A stretch of DNA of 64,000 nucleotides from Candidatus Woesearchaeota archaeon (GTDB lineage Archaea > Nanobdellota > Nanobdellia > Woesearchaeales > UBA11576). A program made the translations under genes and the position numbers. Below are positions 49,747 through 60,837 of this stretch, piece by piece (the first letter of the stretch is position 1; the number at the start of each line of letters is the position of its first letter). The stretch lies in assembly GCA_018675335.1 (NCBI GenBank), contig JABGYH010000007.1, forward strand, positions 308,232 to 372,231, in the 5' to 3' direction. The notes beneath the pieces were generated by a model. The model worked only from the letters and a program-made list of their open reading frames with translations. It ran no database searches and was not told the DNA's origin.

Positions 49747-50010
49747 ATGGCTGAAGACGAAAAAAAATTTTCAAAAGAACTTATAGGAAAAACAGTTGTT
49801 TCTAAAACTGGGAAAAAATTTGGCCAAGTTGGAGATATAGTATTCGAAACACGTAGCGGAGAACTAATCCACCTAATTCTTGCAAACCCAACACAATACA
49901 TTGATAAACTTGAATTAGAAAAAGATAGAAAAGGAAACATCTTAATTCCATTTAGTGCAGTTATTGCAATGGGAGACTTCTTAGTAATAGCCGAAGAAGA
50001 TATCATATAA
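49747..50010 (+). CDS. PRC-barrel protein (CdpB-like)
   Basis: LIGKTVVSKTGKKFGQVGDI; IPFSAVIAMGDFLVI. Confidence 0.9.
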   Translation: MAEDEKKFSKELIGKTVVSKTGKKFGQVGDIVFETRSGELIHLILANPTQYIDKLELEKDRKGNILIPFSAVIAMGDFLVIAEEDII

Positions 50011-50164
50011 ACTAGCCCAATATAATAATAAATTTAAACTAAATTTTTTAAAATATTTTATTTATTTTTATGATCATTCTAACACCTATACGACAATTAA
50101 ATTATATCTTGCGATTTAGTTAAAATAACAATATTTTTATAGTAACCCGTTTTCTTTATAACTC

Positions 50165-51121
50165 ATGGTAAGCGACATATGGACTGAAAAATATAGACCG
50201 AAAAAATTCTCAGATGTTTTAGGACAAGACGAGATAGTAAAAAGAGTAAAAGCATTTGTAGAACAAAAAAGCATGCCTCATCTTTTATTCTCTGGCCCTG
50301 CAGGAGTTGGAAAAACATCACTTTCACTAGTTACAGTACATGAATTATTTGGCGACTCTTGGAGATCAAACTTTCTTGAATTAAATGCGAGCGATGAGCG
50401 AGGAATTGATGTAGTACGAAATAAAGTAAAAGACTTTGCAAGAACAAAAGCAATTGGAGATGTACCGTTCAAAATAATTTATTTAGACGAATGTGACGCA
50501 CTTACAAAAGAAGCACAACAAGCGCTTAGAAGAACTATGGAAAACTACACTCAAACTTGTCGGTTTATTTTAAGTTGTAATTACTCATCAAAAATTATTG
50601 ACCCAATACAAAGTAGGTGCGCAATATTTAGATTCAAACTACTTGCTCAAAAAGATATAAAATTATTAATAGAAGACATAGTACAAAAAGAAAATTTAAC
50701 AATGGATGATTTAGCAAAAGATGCATTATACCAAATCTCTAATGGAGACTGTAGACGTGTTGAAAATATTTTACAAGCAAGTGCCGTAATATCCAAAAAC
50801 ATAACTGAAGAACTAATATATTCATTATCCTCAGTTGCAAAACCAAAAGAAATCAAAGAAATGATTCAATTAACACTTGATAACAATTTCTTAGATGCTC
50901 GAAAAAAATTACTAGATATAATGCTCAATTATGGATTATCCGGACTTGACATGATCAAACAAATACAAAAAGAAGTAATAAGCATGGATGTTGATGGTCG
51001 CAAAAAAATGCAAATGACTGAGATGTGCGGAGAGTTCGAATTTAGAATGACTGAAGGATCAGATGAATTTGTTCAATTAGAAGCATTAATTGCGAAATTT
51101 GTTTTAATAGGTTCTGAATAA
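50165..51121 (+). CDS. rfcS: replication factor C small subunit
   Basis: WTEKYRP, GPAGVGKT, LELNASDERGID, DECD, QSRC motifs; no intein. Confidence 0.97.
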   Translation: MVSDIWTEKYRPKKFSDVLGQDEIVKRVKAFVEQKSMPHLLFSGPAGVGKTSLSLVTVHELFGDSWRSNFLELNASDERGIDVVRNKVKDFARTKAIGDVPFKIIYLDECDALTKEAQQALRRTMENYTQTCRFILSCNYSSKIIDPIQSRCAIFRFKLLAQKDIKLLIEDIVQKENLTMDDLAKDALYQISNGDCRRVENILQASAVISKNITEELIYSLSSVAKPKEIKEMIQLTLDNNFLDARKKLLDIMLNYGLSGLDMIKQIQKEVISMDVDGRKKMQMTEMCGEFEFRMTEGSDEFVQLEALIAKFVLIGSE

Positions 51122-51190
51122 TTATAAACCTGCTTCTGACATATAATTGTTAAATTATGAAATTCATAAAACAAAAGAATTAGTTAAAAA

Positions 51191-51502
51191 TTATTTAATT
51201 TTTTGGAGATCTTTTAATTGTTTATCAATACTTCCCATTTCAGATTCTATTATTATTTTTTCGTCTAAAATGGATTTTATTCTCTCAACATAAGGTCTTA
51301 ACTTTCTAGCCCAATACTCAGGAACTTTTCCTTTTACACGCTTAGCCAGCAGTTCAGACTTTCTTTTTTCACAAGATTCTAATTCATCCTCAAGACTCTT
51401 TAACCGTTTAGCTAAACGCTTTGACTTATTAACTAATTTTTCTTCAGGGGTTTTATTACGATCCCAAAAACTCATAAACCATTCCATAACCATTTTTGAC
51501 AT
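51191..51502 (-). CDS. small basic coiled-coil protein
   Basis: Heptad-patterned ORF. Confidence 0.6.
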   Translation of the reverse strand: MSKMVMEWFMSFWDRNKTPEEKLVNKSKRLAKRLKSLEDELESCEKRKSELLAKRVKGKVPEYWARKLRPYVERIKSILDEKIIIESEMGSIDKQLKDLQKIK

Positions 51503-51595
51503 ATCAGAAATATATAAACATTTCTAAAAAAAACAATTAAAGAACTAATACAATTATAGTAAGATTAAAATAGTAAATCATCCTCTTAATAAAAC

Positions 51596-52759
51596 ATGAC
51601 TGAAGAAAATGAGGTGCAACTTGATTCTAATCTTATCGAAGAGATAGAAACTAGAACCAAAAGACTTGCTGAATCAAATCTATTTCTAGCACAAAAATTA
51701 AAAGAAAATGACGATACGATAAATTATCTTCATGATAACATGTCCAGGCTTTCTTTTGTTAAACAAAACTTAGAAAAAAAAGAAAAAATAATTACTGAAT
51801 TAAAAACAAAAACTGAAGCTGCATTTTTTGAACAACGAAGACTTGAAACTGAAAATACCAGACTAATTACGGATTTAAGTGAACTCAAAAAGAAAAGTCA
51901 AGATTCAATTAATTTAATGGATGAAAAAACTAAACAAGTAACTGACATGAATTTACACGTTTCAGAACTAACTGTTGAGATTAAAAAACAAAAAAATGAA
52001 ATTGCACGACTACAAAATCAAGTTGAATTATTAACCTCAAAAAATCAACTAAAAGAAAATACAACACACGAACTACAAAGTGCACTTGACTTAGAAAAAA
52101 AGAAAAATGAAGATATCAAAGCAGAATTTGAAAATAAAAAAATAGAACTAACAGAAAAACAAAAACTGTTTGACGAAGAAACTGAAACACTCAAAAAAAA
52201 TTATGAAAGCCGCCTTAACAGGCTCGTACAACAAAACACACTAAAAATTGTTACGTTCAAATCGAAAATAGACAAACTACACAAACTATTACAACACAAA
52301 CAAGAATCAATCTCAGAAAGACAAAAACAAGCATCACAAGTCATAAATGAATTTAATAAAAAATTCAAAGACCTCGTAAGTGATGAAGATGCACTTCAAC
52401 TTGAATCATACAAAGAAGAACTTGAAGAAAAAGAAGAAAAGTTTACCGAAGAACTAAATGAACACCCATATGATTCACCAAACAATAACATAGGTCAAAT
52501 TAATAGTTCGGATTTAATAAATGAAGAAGTTGATGGCGCAACCGCAGAAGAAGAAGAAATGATTATTAATCCATATCAAGAAATTAACGATCCATACTCA
52601 GCATCACCAATGCCAAATATTGATGATCTAATACCAATGATTAAAGTAGCACTTGATCATGGAGATAATGTGGAAAGCATATTTAATTCTTTACTCAATT
52701 CAGGAATAGATAAACAAGCAATACAACTAGCATTCACAAGAGTAAATGAAAGTGAATAA
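51596..52759 (+). CDS. long coiled-coil protein with C-terminal helical module
   Basis: ~280-aa coiled coil; C-terminus IKVALDHGDNVESIFNSLLNSGIDKQAI. Confidence 0.75.
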   Translation: MTEENEVQLDSNLIEEIETRTKRLAESNLFLAQKLKENDDTINYLHDNMSRLSFVKQNLEKKEKIITELKTKTEAAFFEQRRLETENTRLITDLSELKKKSQDSINLMDEKTKQVTDMNLHVSELTVEIKKQKNEIARLQNQVELLTSKNQLKENTTHELQSALDLEKKKNEDIKAEFENKKIELTEKQKLFDEETETLKKNYESRLNRLVQQNTLKIVTFKSKIDKLHKLLQHKQESISERQKQASQVINEFNKKFKDLVSDEDALQLESYKEELEEKEEKFTEELNEHPYDSPNNNIGQINSSDLINEEVDGATAEEEEMIINPYQEINDPYSASPMPNIDDLIPMIKVALDHGDNVESIFNSLLNSGIDKQAIQLAFTRVNESE

Positions 52760-52808
52760 AAATAATTGTTAGCAATTTATGTTGTGTTAATAGCAACTGT
52801 ACGTTCCA

Positions 52809-53687
52809 TTAAATTCTCAAAAGAATAATTCCAAGTACTGCAATACAAACTAGTCCAAACTGCTTAAGAGATAGTTCTTCACCATTAAACAACTTAGCAA
52901 GAATTGCAGTAATAATTATGAAGTTAGGATGAATTGCTGAAACTAATACTAACGGACCTGATTTAAGCGCAGTCAGTAAAGAAATATAACCCATAAAATT
53001 TATGATTCCAATAATAATACCATATTTAATTGATGCAGACCAATTGGTTTTTTGAATCATTTTAGGCAATTTATTTCTTTGATTGAATTTTGATGTTTTT
53101 GCAGAACCAAAAGAAATCATAATAGAAAACAAATAAGTGATCATAATAAAAAATCCAAGATTAGTTGAGGTTGCAGCATACTTGTTAGTTATCATCATCC
53201 CAGCACCAAATGGAATTGTAATTATGGCAAATAAAAAACCAGATCTTGTTATTTTATAATCAGATTTAGATTTAGCAAAATAGTGAATGAGAGTGATTGC
53301 CAAGATAATCAATATAATTCCCACAATAGAAAATATTGAGAGTTTTTCTTTGAAAAAAATAATTGCATAAAAAACAGTTAAAATAATGCTTGCTGCAGAA
53401 ATTGGAAAAACGATATTAGTTGGAAGAAATTCTAATGCCTTAAATTGAAAAATTGTTTTAAGAAAAAAACATAATGCAAAAAGAAAACCTAACAAGAGAG
53501 TAAGGGATATAAATAAAAATTCAAAACCCTTAATTGAAAAATAAACAATTGCGAAAACTTCTACAGTGAGCATGAAAAATAAAGTTACCCAAAACTTATC
53601 AGCAGAGTTAGTTAATGCTCGCTTGTATAAAAAACTTTGAATACCAAACATGCACGTTGCAAAAATTGAAAAAAAGAACCATTCCAT
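52809..53687 (-). CDS. EamA/DMT family transporter
   Basis: 10 TM helices in two repeats; FFKEKLS and FNGEELS motifs. Confidence 0.88.
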   Translation of the reverse strand: MEWFFFSIFATCMFGIQSFLYKRALTNSADKFWVTLFFMLTVEVFAIVYFSIKGFEFLFISLTLLLGFLFALCFFLKTIFQFKALEFLPTNIVFPISAASIILTVFYAIIFFKEKLSIFSIVGIILIILAITLIHYFAKSKSDYKITRSGFLFAIITIPFGAGMMITNKYAATSTNLGFFIMITYLFSIMISFGSAKTSKFNQRNKLPKMIQKTNWSASIKYGIIIGIINFMGYISLLTALKSGPLVLVSAIHPNFIIITAILAKLFNGEELSLKQFGLVCIAVLGIILLRI

Positions 53688-53827
53688 ACACAGAATAAGT
53701 AATGAAATAGTTTAAATAATTATCTAGAAACAAAGACTGTTCACTTATCATAAGAAAATAGAAGATATGATTAAAAAAAATATAAGAAAAAAAGAAATAA
53801 AAAATTAATTGATAAATGTTTAATTAT

Positions 53828-54811
53828 TTATCCTCCAATGTGTTGAACTGTTAAAGATGTTTCTGCACTTTGTTTGTAATCATATCCGAGATCGATTCTA
53901 ACAACTTTTTTGAAGTCACTAGGTGAACTAATTTCTTGACTACAACTAATTTCTCTCATGCCGTTTAAAAGAACAACATCACCAGAATAAACAGAACCAC
54001 TAGATGATGGATCTTGTAGACCACTACAAGTTAAACCGCCACTAATTCCAGTATCAATTTCAACGTGAACTTTGTTACGCTTAGGAAACTCTTCAACACA
54101 CTCAGAACTTGATGCGTAAAGTTTACCACTTCCTTTATGTTCAACTTTAAAAATAAAATTGGTTTTTGTTGCACTACCAACTGATTCTCTAAAACTAGTT
54201 ACTTGAACTGGAGCACCAGAATTATCAACTGATTTTTCTTCTGTTACTTTACAAAAACTAGATTCTTGACCAGTCATACCCAGCATATCTTCTAAAATGC
54301 AAAGTTCAGAATTAACAACAGTACCATAATTATAACAAACATCTGCTTTAATATTATAAGTTACTTGACCTGCAACTTCTTTTTGGTTTACAAAAGCAGA
54401 ACCTGATGTTGGAAAATCAATAGATGCCATACCGCCAGGTATCTTTCCACCTTCAGTATCAATTTTAACTCCTCTAAGCGGATCAGGACTATCTTTTTTA
54501 AGATCAGATGCGCCAACACCAAAGTCAGCAGGATCAAATCCAGTAACAGTAACAGTTGCATCAGAACCAAGATCTATATCATGACCTCCTAAGTTTTCAA
54601 TACGAACACTAATTCCGAAAGGTTGCTCTTTATCAACAACGGATGTAGGTGGAGCACCGGATACAAATTCAATTGATAAACCATCAGTACCTTGAATAAA
54701 CATACTTCCAGTTTTAATACCAGTAGGTTGAGCTGCAGAATCTTGATTCTCCCCACAACCAACTAAGAAAATCATCATTAAAATGACCAAAATAATCGCT
54801 AATCTCCTCAT
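53828..54811 (-). CDS. Cys-rich lipoprotein, paralog 3
   Basis: Lipobox LVGC; GL.IEF..GAPP, VCYNYGT, GAPVQVTS, YDY motifs. Confidence 0.8.
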   Translation of the reverse strand: MRRLAIILVILMMIFLVGCGENQDSAAQPTGIKTGSMFIQGTDGLSIEFVSGAPPTSVVDKEQPFGISVRIENLGGHDIDLGSDATVTVTGFDPADFGVGASDLKKDSPDPLRGVKIDTEGGKIPGGMASIDFPTSGSAFVNQKEVAGQVTYNIKADVCYNYGTVVNSELCILEDMLGMTGQESSFCKVTEEKSVDNSGAPVQVTSFRESVGSATKTNFIFKVEHKGSGKLYASSSECVEEFPKRNKVHVEIDTGISGGLTCSGLQDPSSSGSVYSGDVVLLNGMREISCSQEISSPSDFKKVVRIDLGYDYKQSAETSLTVQHIGG

Positions 54812-54999
54812 TTTTACGCCTCCTTTTTGAAAAAAATGAAATTTGAGTTATTATATTAAATATTACCAACCAAAGAGTTGATAACACACATATCATCAAT
54901 TTTTTATTATTTTTAACTAATATTAATAGCTAATACAAACATAAAAACCGTTTTTCTATATAAATATTATTTAAAATGCATCATATATGTTATTTTTTA

Positions 55000-55923
55000 T
55001 TATTCAATATTTTTAATTGCAACATCTCGACTTATGCTATTTTTATAACCATATTTTAATCTCACAGATAATGTAGTTTGAAATGCACTACCTGCTTGAG
55101 CAGTTTGAGGAAATTTACAATAAATTGTTGCTTTACCATTAACTAATCTAAGTTTATCATTTGAAGGTTTACAATCTCCTTCCCAATTAGTACCTAAAAC
55201 AGGATTTTCATAATAAACTTTGTTAAGATCTTTAAAATCTAAATTATTAGGACATGCTGCAAGTGCAGTTGGAGAATAAACAACACCGTTTCCAGAATTA
55301 GAAATATGAATTCTAAAAAAAGTTCCTTTAGGCGTTGAATCTTGTTCAATTGACGTTACTGCCAACGGTGCTCCTTGACTACCTGCTGCAACATTTTGAA
55401 CTGTACATGCTTTATCACTTAATTGATCAGTAGGATTTGGATCAACACACACAATAGGACTTGCAACAGTTTCATAGGGATAACATGCAGTTAATAAAAA
55501 TTTAGGACGATAAACAGGAGTTCCTTCTTGAAGATGAATGTCTGATGATTCCCACTCAAGAATTTCCATTCCTCCTTCAGAATTATATTGAGACTTTCCC
55601 TCTAAATAAGAAACTTCACGAAATGGTTGTAAGTTAATTAGTCTAGGATCATATCCAGTTAAGTAAAATGATGCACTTGGAACATCATAAGTTCCACGAT
55701 TTTTAATTGTTACCATAAAAATTAGAGGAGTTGTAGAATAAATTTCTTGAGGAGGCGTATCTGCTGAAAATTCCATTACAATTCCTTCAGTCCCAGTATG
55801 CGAATAAACTGGGGATTGTTCAGGATTATCAGGATTACCTTTGTTTAATCCCCCACAACCAACTAATAAGAAAGATGTGACTAGAATTGAAATAATTAAA
55901 AACATTCGCTTAGTTAATTTCAT
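55000..55923 (-). CDS. Cys-rich lipoprotein, paralog 2
   Basis: Lipobox LVGC; GTEGIVMEF, ACYPYETVAS..VCVDP, GAPLAVTS, YGY motifs. Confidence 0.8.
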   Translation of the reverse strand: MKLTKRMFLIISILVTSFLLVGCGGLNKGNPDNPEQSPVYSHTGTEGIVMEFSADTPPQEIYSTTPLIFMVTIKNRGTYDVPSASFYLTGYDPRLINLQPFREVSYLEGKSQYNSEGGMEILEWESSDIHLQEGTPVYRPKFLLTACYPYETVASPIVCVDPNPTDQLSDKACTVQNVAAGSQGAPLAVTSIEQDSTPKGTFFRIHISNSGNGVVYSPTALAACPNNLDFKDLNKVYYENPVLGTNWEGDCKPSNDKLRLVNGKATIYCKFPQTAQAGSAFQTTLSVRLKYGYKNSISRDVAIKNIE

Positions 55924-56035
55924 TTTATATCCTCTTTTAAAACAAAAACAGTTATTTTGTTTTATATATTTTTCGGTAAAATATAATTATTTTAATAGTA
56001 AATGAATAATTTAATTTTATAATATATAACAATCA

Positions 56036-57130
56036 TTATTCTAGGGAAGACAGCGATGCTTTAAACTCAGATTCTAATCCAGTACAAACTGCATCACTAA
56101 CTCCACCAATTGGAGGTGCAATCATTAATTTATGATGAACCTTATCTTTATAATTATATTTCGCAGTAACAGTCACAGGAGTAATAAATGCGCCATCTTC
56201 TTTATTTAATTCAGTATAACACCTAATTTTGGATTTGCCCGATCTAAAAACTGCAGTTCCAGGTTTTTCATTAAAAGTATTCACTAAACTTTTACAATGC
56301 ATGTTTTGACCACTAATTTCTGCCTCAACAAAAATCTTATTTTGAATCTTAGGATCATCGCATTCAGCAATAAATTCATTCAAATAAACTTCACCTTGAG
56401 AATTTGCAATAGATAAGTCAATATCAATTTGTGCCCTAATTTTATTCCCATACGGAACTATTTCGGGACTAATTTGTGTAACTGCAATTGGTGCGCCTTG
56501 ACCACCTGACAAAGAAACTGCTGATTGAGTACAAACTTTTTCTTCATTTTTTGCTGACTGTTTATTGCTATTTGGATCAAAACAAATATCTGCACTTGCA
56601 TGAGTTTCATAAGCATAACATGCTATTGCCACCACAGTTTGTGAAAAATTCTTTTTTTGATTGCCTTTTAATTGCTGAAAACAACGAGACAGGGCAGGAT
56701 AATAAATTTCAGTAAACTCACCATCACTTACAAATGCAGAACGACCCAAAAGTTCAAATTCTTGAGTTCTAGTATCTTCTTCAATTAAAAACATTGTTGA
56801 ATCGAAATTTAAAAAAAGACTGCCCTCTGCAAGATCTACATCATATGCACCCTTATTTTCTAAACGAATACCAAAATTAAACATATCTCCCACAAGAACT
56901 TTCTCAGGAGGCATTGATTCGACAAACTCCAATTTAATACCTTCAGTTCCTTTTCTATAATCTTGAATTTTAACATTATCAGCAGTTTTTCCCGTACCAA
57001 ATAAACTACCTTTCATACTAACTGCAGAACCACAACCAGTTAGTGCTATAAGTAAAAAAATAATTGCAATTAAAATAAATAACTTGGTTACATAAATTTT
57101 ATTTAGGACGGTTGATTGAGTTTTAATCAT
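56036..57130 (-). CDS. Cys-rich lipoprotein, paralog 1
   Basis: Lipobox LTGC; GTEGIKLEF, ACYAYETHAS..ICFDP, GAPIAVTQ, YNY motifs. Confidence 0.8.
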   Translation of the reverse strand: MIKTQSTVLNKIYVTKLFILIAIIFLLIALTGCGSAVSMKGSLFGTGKTADNVKIQDYRKGTEGIKLEFVESMPPEKVLVGDMFNFGIRLENKGAYDVDLAEGSLFLNFDSTMFLIEEDTRTQEFELLGRSAFVSDGEFTEIYYPALSRCFQQLKGNQKKNFSQTVVAIACYAYETHASADICFDPNSNKQSAKNEEKVCTQSAVSLSGGQGAPIAVTQISPEIVPYGNKIRAQIDIDLSIANSQGEVYLNEFIAECDDPKIQNKIFVEAEISGQNMHCKSLVNTFNEKPGTAVFRSGKSKIRCYTELNKEDGAFITPVTVTAKYNYKDKVHHKLMIAPPIGGVSDAVCTGLESEFKASLSSLE

Positions 57131-57220
57131 TTTTTTATATTCTCTTTTTGGTTTGATCTTTTTTAATTTTTATTTTTTTATTATTAAATATTATTAATTA
57201 AAAATTTTCATTATTGAAAT

Positions 57221-59365
57221 TTAAGTTGTTGTGTTATTACTTATGTTTTTAGTAGTTGATGTTTTAGAATCACTTGCTTTTGACTTTCCACAACCATAAC
57301 TTGTTTTAGTAAATTCTTTTCCTGCAGACTTAACATCGAGTTCCAACTTATTTTGAACTGCATACTCATATTCTATTTCACCAATAATAGTAGTTGGATT
57401 GGCTTCTGTCGGATTTATTAATATTTTATCAGGCGCAGTTAATGCCAAATGACATGAAGGTAACTTTTTTTGTAACCCTTTTTGTAATTCGAAAAATTTC
57501 ATATTACCAACATTATCTAAAGTTAAAACTGTACGCTCATCCTCAACAAGTTGTGACCAACCTTTACAAAAATTAATTGCTTTTCCCTCAGTAGTTCCAG
57601 AATCTGCTTTCTTAAACCCATCTGGCAAAACTAATCTGACTGAAGAAATATGTTCAATTGCACCTTCCCCCATATTTTCTACATTAATTGACAATTTAAT
57701 AGTCTTACCACTATCTTCTAAATCTAATCCAATTAATGGCATTTTTTGAGTTTGCAAAACTAATTTAATTAAACCTTTATCAGACATTGATACGCCTGTG
57801 AAATCTGATAGTTCAGGATAAAGAGATCTAATTGCAGAAACTACTGCGCTTTCACCATCTAAACTAACTCCATTTTGTTGAGAATATGCTTTTAATTTTT
57901 CTTCTAAATAGGATTTATCAATAAATGCATTTTTTAATTCAGCTTTTGTTGTAAACCCAGATGACACTGCAGTTAAAAAAACAAAATATTTCTCAGGACA
58001 AACAATATCGTCAGGATAACAAGTTATTTCTTGATCAAAACTTAATTCAGATGGTAACTCTGACAGATCAACAACTTCTTTTGTTGAACCAATAAGTGAA
58101 TCATACGCAGTTGAGGCAGTAACTTTATGTTTAGATCTTCTAATAGAATTACAACCTACAACTGTTTGAATATTATTACTATAACCAAATCCATGCAATC
58201 TAGCGCTTATTTCTAAAGGTTCTTTTGAACCCATATCTCCTGGTTGTGGAAGATTATATGTTTTAGTATTGGGAGTCCAAGGATTTAACCATTCAACACC
58301 CACAAATTCTTTAACTTGAGTATCTTGATTCCCTTCAATACGTTCACCACTTGCTTTTTGCAAATTCTTTTTCCAACTCTTTTGAAATTCACCAATGAGT
58401 TCTGCTACTGCGCTTTTAGCACCGTAAGAAACTGACTCTGATGCCTCGTCTGTTTGAGCATCAACAGTTGTTTGAGACATAGCATATGCAACACGAGGAC
58501 CAATCACTGTAACACCAAACGAACCAATTGCCACAATGAAAAGAATAACCACTATAACTATGATAACTGCACCCCCGTTACCTCCTGACCTAGAACCACC
58601 AGATGCAATATTTGCAAATCCGCTTGATGATTGTTTAACTCGTGCACCAGATAAACCTCCTGAAGAAGGACTTGAACTCGTACTTGAAGATAAACTTGCA
58701 CTTTGAGATTTCATTTGAGAAACTAATTTTTTTTGTGAATCTATTTGAGATTTAATTGCATCTCTTTCTTGATATAAATGCTTTAAATTATTTTTACTAG
58801 CTTTGATAGACAGATAAACATTTAATGTATACCAGGGAATAATATCTAAAAACGGAACTAATTCTAACAATCCAAAATTCATTTTTTGATATCTGCCCTT
58901 ACCCAATATAGATGGAAATAGCATAAATTGAAGTAAGCAATCAAAAACAAGTTCTATAATCTCAGACATTAATCCAGTACTTACTGACACTATCTGATCA
59001 ATAAAAATTCCCCACACTACATCTACAATAAATGCGACTATGTATGCAGTAATTTTTTTTCCAAACGAAATATCTTTTTCATTAATCTCTGAATTTTTCG
59101 CATCAAGTTGCGATGCAAGAGAGGTAATTTGAGAACTTGCCGAAGAAAGTTGATTTGCTAATTGATATTGTTCCATTTGACCTAATCGCCCCATATCAGG
59201 ACTTGAGGTTTGTGGTTGATTTTGCATTGCAGTATTTGGTACTTGCGATTGATTTTGCACAGAGGGATTTGGCGTAGAACCTTGCGGTTTAACAGAATTA
59301 GCACTAGGGGCAAGCCGACTATTTAACTTATTTAAAGCATTACTACCCGGATTAGGAGGAGAAAT
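57221..59365 (-). CDS. membrane protein with coiled coils, ELVP.LDIIPW membrane module and Cys-containing exported domain
   Basis: Frame is open upstream of GTG 59260 to ATT 59365, which follows a GAGGTG RBS; C-terminal ENMGEG and YEY echo the lipoprotein paralogs. Confidence 0.7.
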   Translation of the reverse strand: MSPPNPGSNALNKLNSRLAPSANSVKPQGSTPNPSVQNQSQVPNTAMQNQPQTSSPDMGRLGQMEQYQLANQLSSASSQITSLASQLDAKNSEINEKDISFGKKITAYIVAFIVDVVWGIFIDQIVSVSTGLMSEIIELVFDCLLQFMLFPSILGKGRYQKMNFGLLELVPFLDIIPWYTLNVYLSIKASKNNLKHLYQERDAIKSQIDSQKKLVSQMKSQSASLSSSTSSSPSSGGLSGARVKQSSSGFANIASGGSRSGGNGGAVIIVIVVILFIVAIGSFGVTVIGPRVAYAMSQTTVDAQTDEASESVSYGAKSAVAELIGEFQKSWKKNLQKASGERIEGNQDTQVKEFVGVEWLNPWTPNTKTYNLPQPGDMGSKEPLEISARLHGFGYSNNIQTVVGCNSIRRSKHKVTASTAYDSLIGSTKEVVDLSELPSELSFDQEITCYPDDIVCPEKYFVFLTAVSSGFTTKAELKNAFIDKSYLEEKLKAYSQQNGVSLDGESAVVSAIRSLYPELSDFTGVSMSDKGLIKLVLQTQKMPLIGLDLEDSGKTIKLSINVENMGEGAIEHISSVRLVLPDGFKKADSGTTEGKAINFCKGWSQLVEDERTVLTLDNVGNMKFFELQKGLQKKLPSCHLALTAPDKILINPTEANPTTIIGEIEYEYAVQNKLELDVKSAGKEFTKTSYGCGKSKASDSKTSTTKNISNNTTT

Positions 59366-59507
59366 GATACCACACCTCTTTTTAATAAATATTTGATTAT
59401 CGATAAATATTAAATTAATTTAATAAATATTTAAGTAAATATTTTAATTGATATAAATAAACATTTAATTGATATTTTTAAAATATAAAAAAATATTTTA
59501 TTAAGAT

Positions 59508-60701
59508 TTAATCTTTTCTTACCACTTCTAACTTAACAATCTGAAGAATGTCTTCAGGAGTTATCTTAATTGCATTATTGCCTTTCACCAAATAATCATT
59601 AATTTTTTTACTATAAACTCTTTCTTTTTGATGAATATTTGTTTCAATGCCATTAATATTTGCCTTGCCAATGTGATACTCTTGCGAATCTATAAAAGTG
59701 ATTTCTAAATAAATTTCATCAGATTCATCTTGTACATCAGAAAACTCATCCTCATCTAAATCAAAGAAATAAACTGGCTGAATAATTTCTTTTAATTCAC
59801 TCTTAATTTTGATTAAATCAATCAAGTAATTACCTTTAATTGTTTTAAACACGATTTGGTTCTCCCCATTACGAAGAATATCTGGAGAAAATTCAACAGT
59901 AATTGCAAAACCACAGTCAGGAACTGCATCATAAACTATGTGATTATTAATCAAAGCTTGAAGAGCTCCAACCGAACCAATTGAACATTCCGGCGTAAAA
60001 ACTAACTTTCCTCGCTTAAGATTATTTTTCTCAGTTGCACTTGCAATAAAAATATTACGACTCAATTGTTGACTAATATCAGTAATATCACCTGTAATTT
60101 GTAAGTTTTCAAGATTGTGTTTGTTCACTCTCCAAAAAGCAAGTCCGACATCTTCTGTAATAAATTCTAAACTATTAGCACCTTGTGCCAAATATTTTGA
60201 AGATAACTTAATAGGATCAGGATTTTCTTTAGTTATTGCTTGATTGAAAATTTCTTCGCCATTCAATAAAATTTGAAGATTTCCTCTACTTAGTTTAGAA
60301 ACAAATGTTAAAAGTAAGTTCTCAGTTTGAGACAAATCTTGAACTACAAATGAAAACTCTCCTGTTTTATCTGAAAACCAGCTCTTTTTCACAGACAGAC
60401 TATTTTGAGTATCAATAACTTTAGAATTTTCTGATGCAAAAATGTTTACTGGCGCAATGCTATGTTCAATATCTTTAGTTGAAATAGTAGTTAATGTGCC
60501 TGGAGTCTCAAGAAGTAAAGTAGTATTTTTATCATCATCGCCAGAATCTTTCGAATCTTCTGAATAATCACCTTCTAAAATATTCTGCCTCACTTGAGGA
60601 GGAATAAACAATAAGTAGAAAATAATTAATAAAGCAATTAATGCAACTAATGTTGCTGCCTTTGTACCATCTTCAGCTCTTTTATTTTTAAATAACTGCA
60701 T
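59508..60701 (-). CDS. exported beta-rich protein with repeated jelly-roll-like modules
   Basis: Basic N-terminus KNKRA then TM; three I.(L/I)N....L..G.N repeats. Confidence 0.7.
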   Translation of the reverse strand: MQLFKNKRAEDGTKAATLVALIALLIIFYLLFIPPQVRQNILEGDYSEDSKDSGDDDKNTTLLLETPGTLTTISTKDIEHSIAPVNIFASENSKVIDTQNSLSVKKSWFSDKTGEFSFVVQDLSQTENLLLTFVSKLSRGNLQILLNGEEIFNQAITKENPDPIKLSSKYLAQGANSLEFITEDVGLAFWRVNKHNLENLQITGDITDISQQLSRNIFIASATEKNNLKRGKLVFTPECSIGSVGALQALINNHIVYDAVPDCGFAITVEFSPDILRNGENQIVFKTIKGNYLIDLIKIKSELKEIIQPVYFFDLDEDEFSDVQDESDEIYLEITFIDSQEYHIGKANINGIETNIHQKERVYSKKINDYLVKGNNAIKITPEDILQIVKLEVVRKD

Positions 60702-60837
60702 TTTTAACCTCTATTTTGAAAAACATTAAACAATTTGAATTATTTAAATGATAATTTAAAGATAAATAATATTTTAAATAATATAATACTTTGGATTAAT
60801 GAATAATTTTATATATAAATGTTTTTCTTTTTTATGT

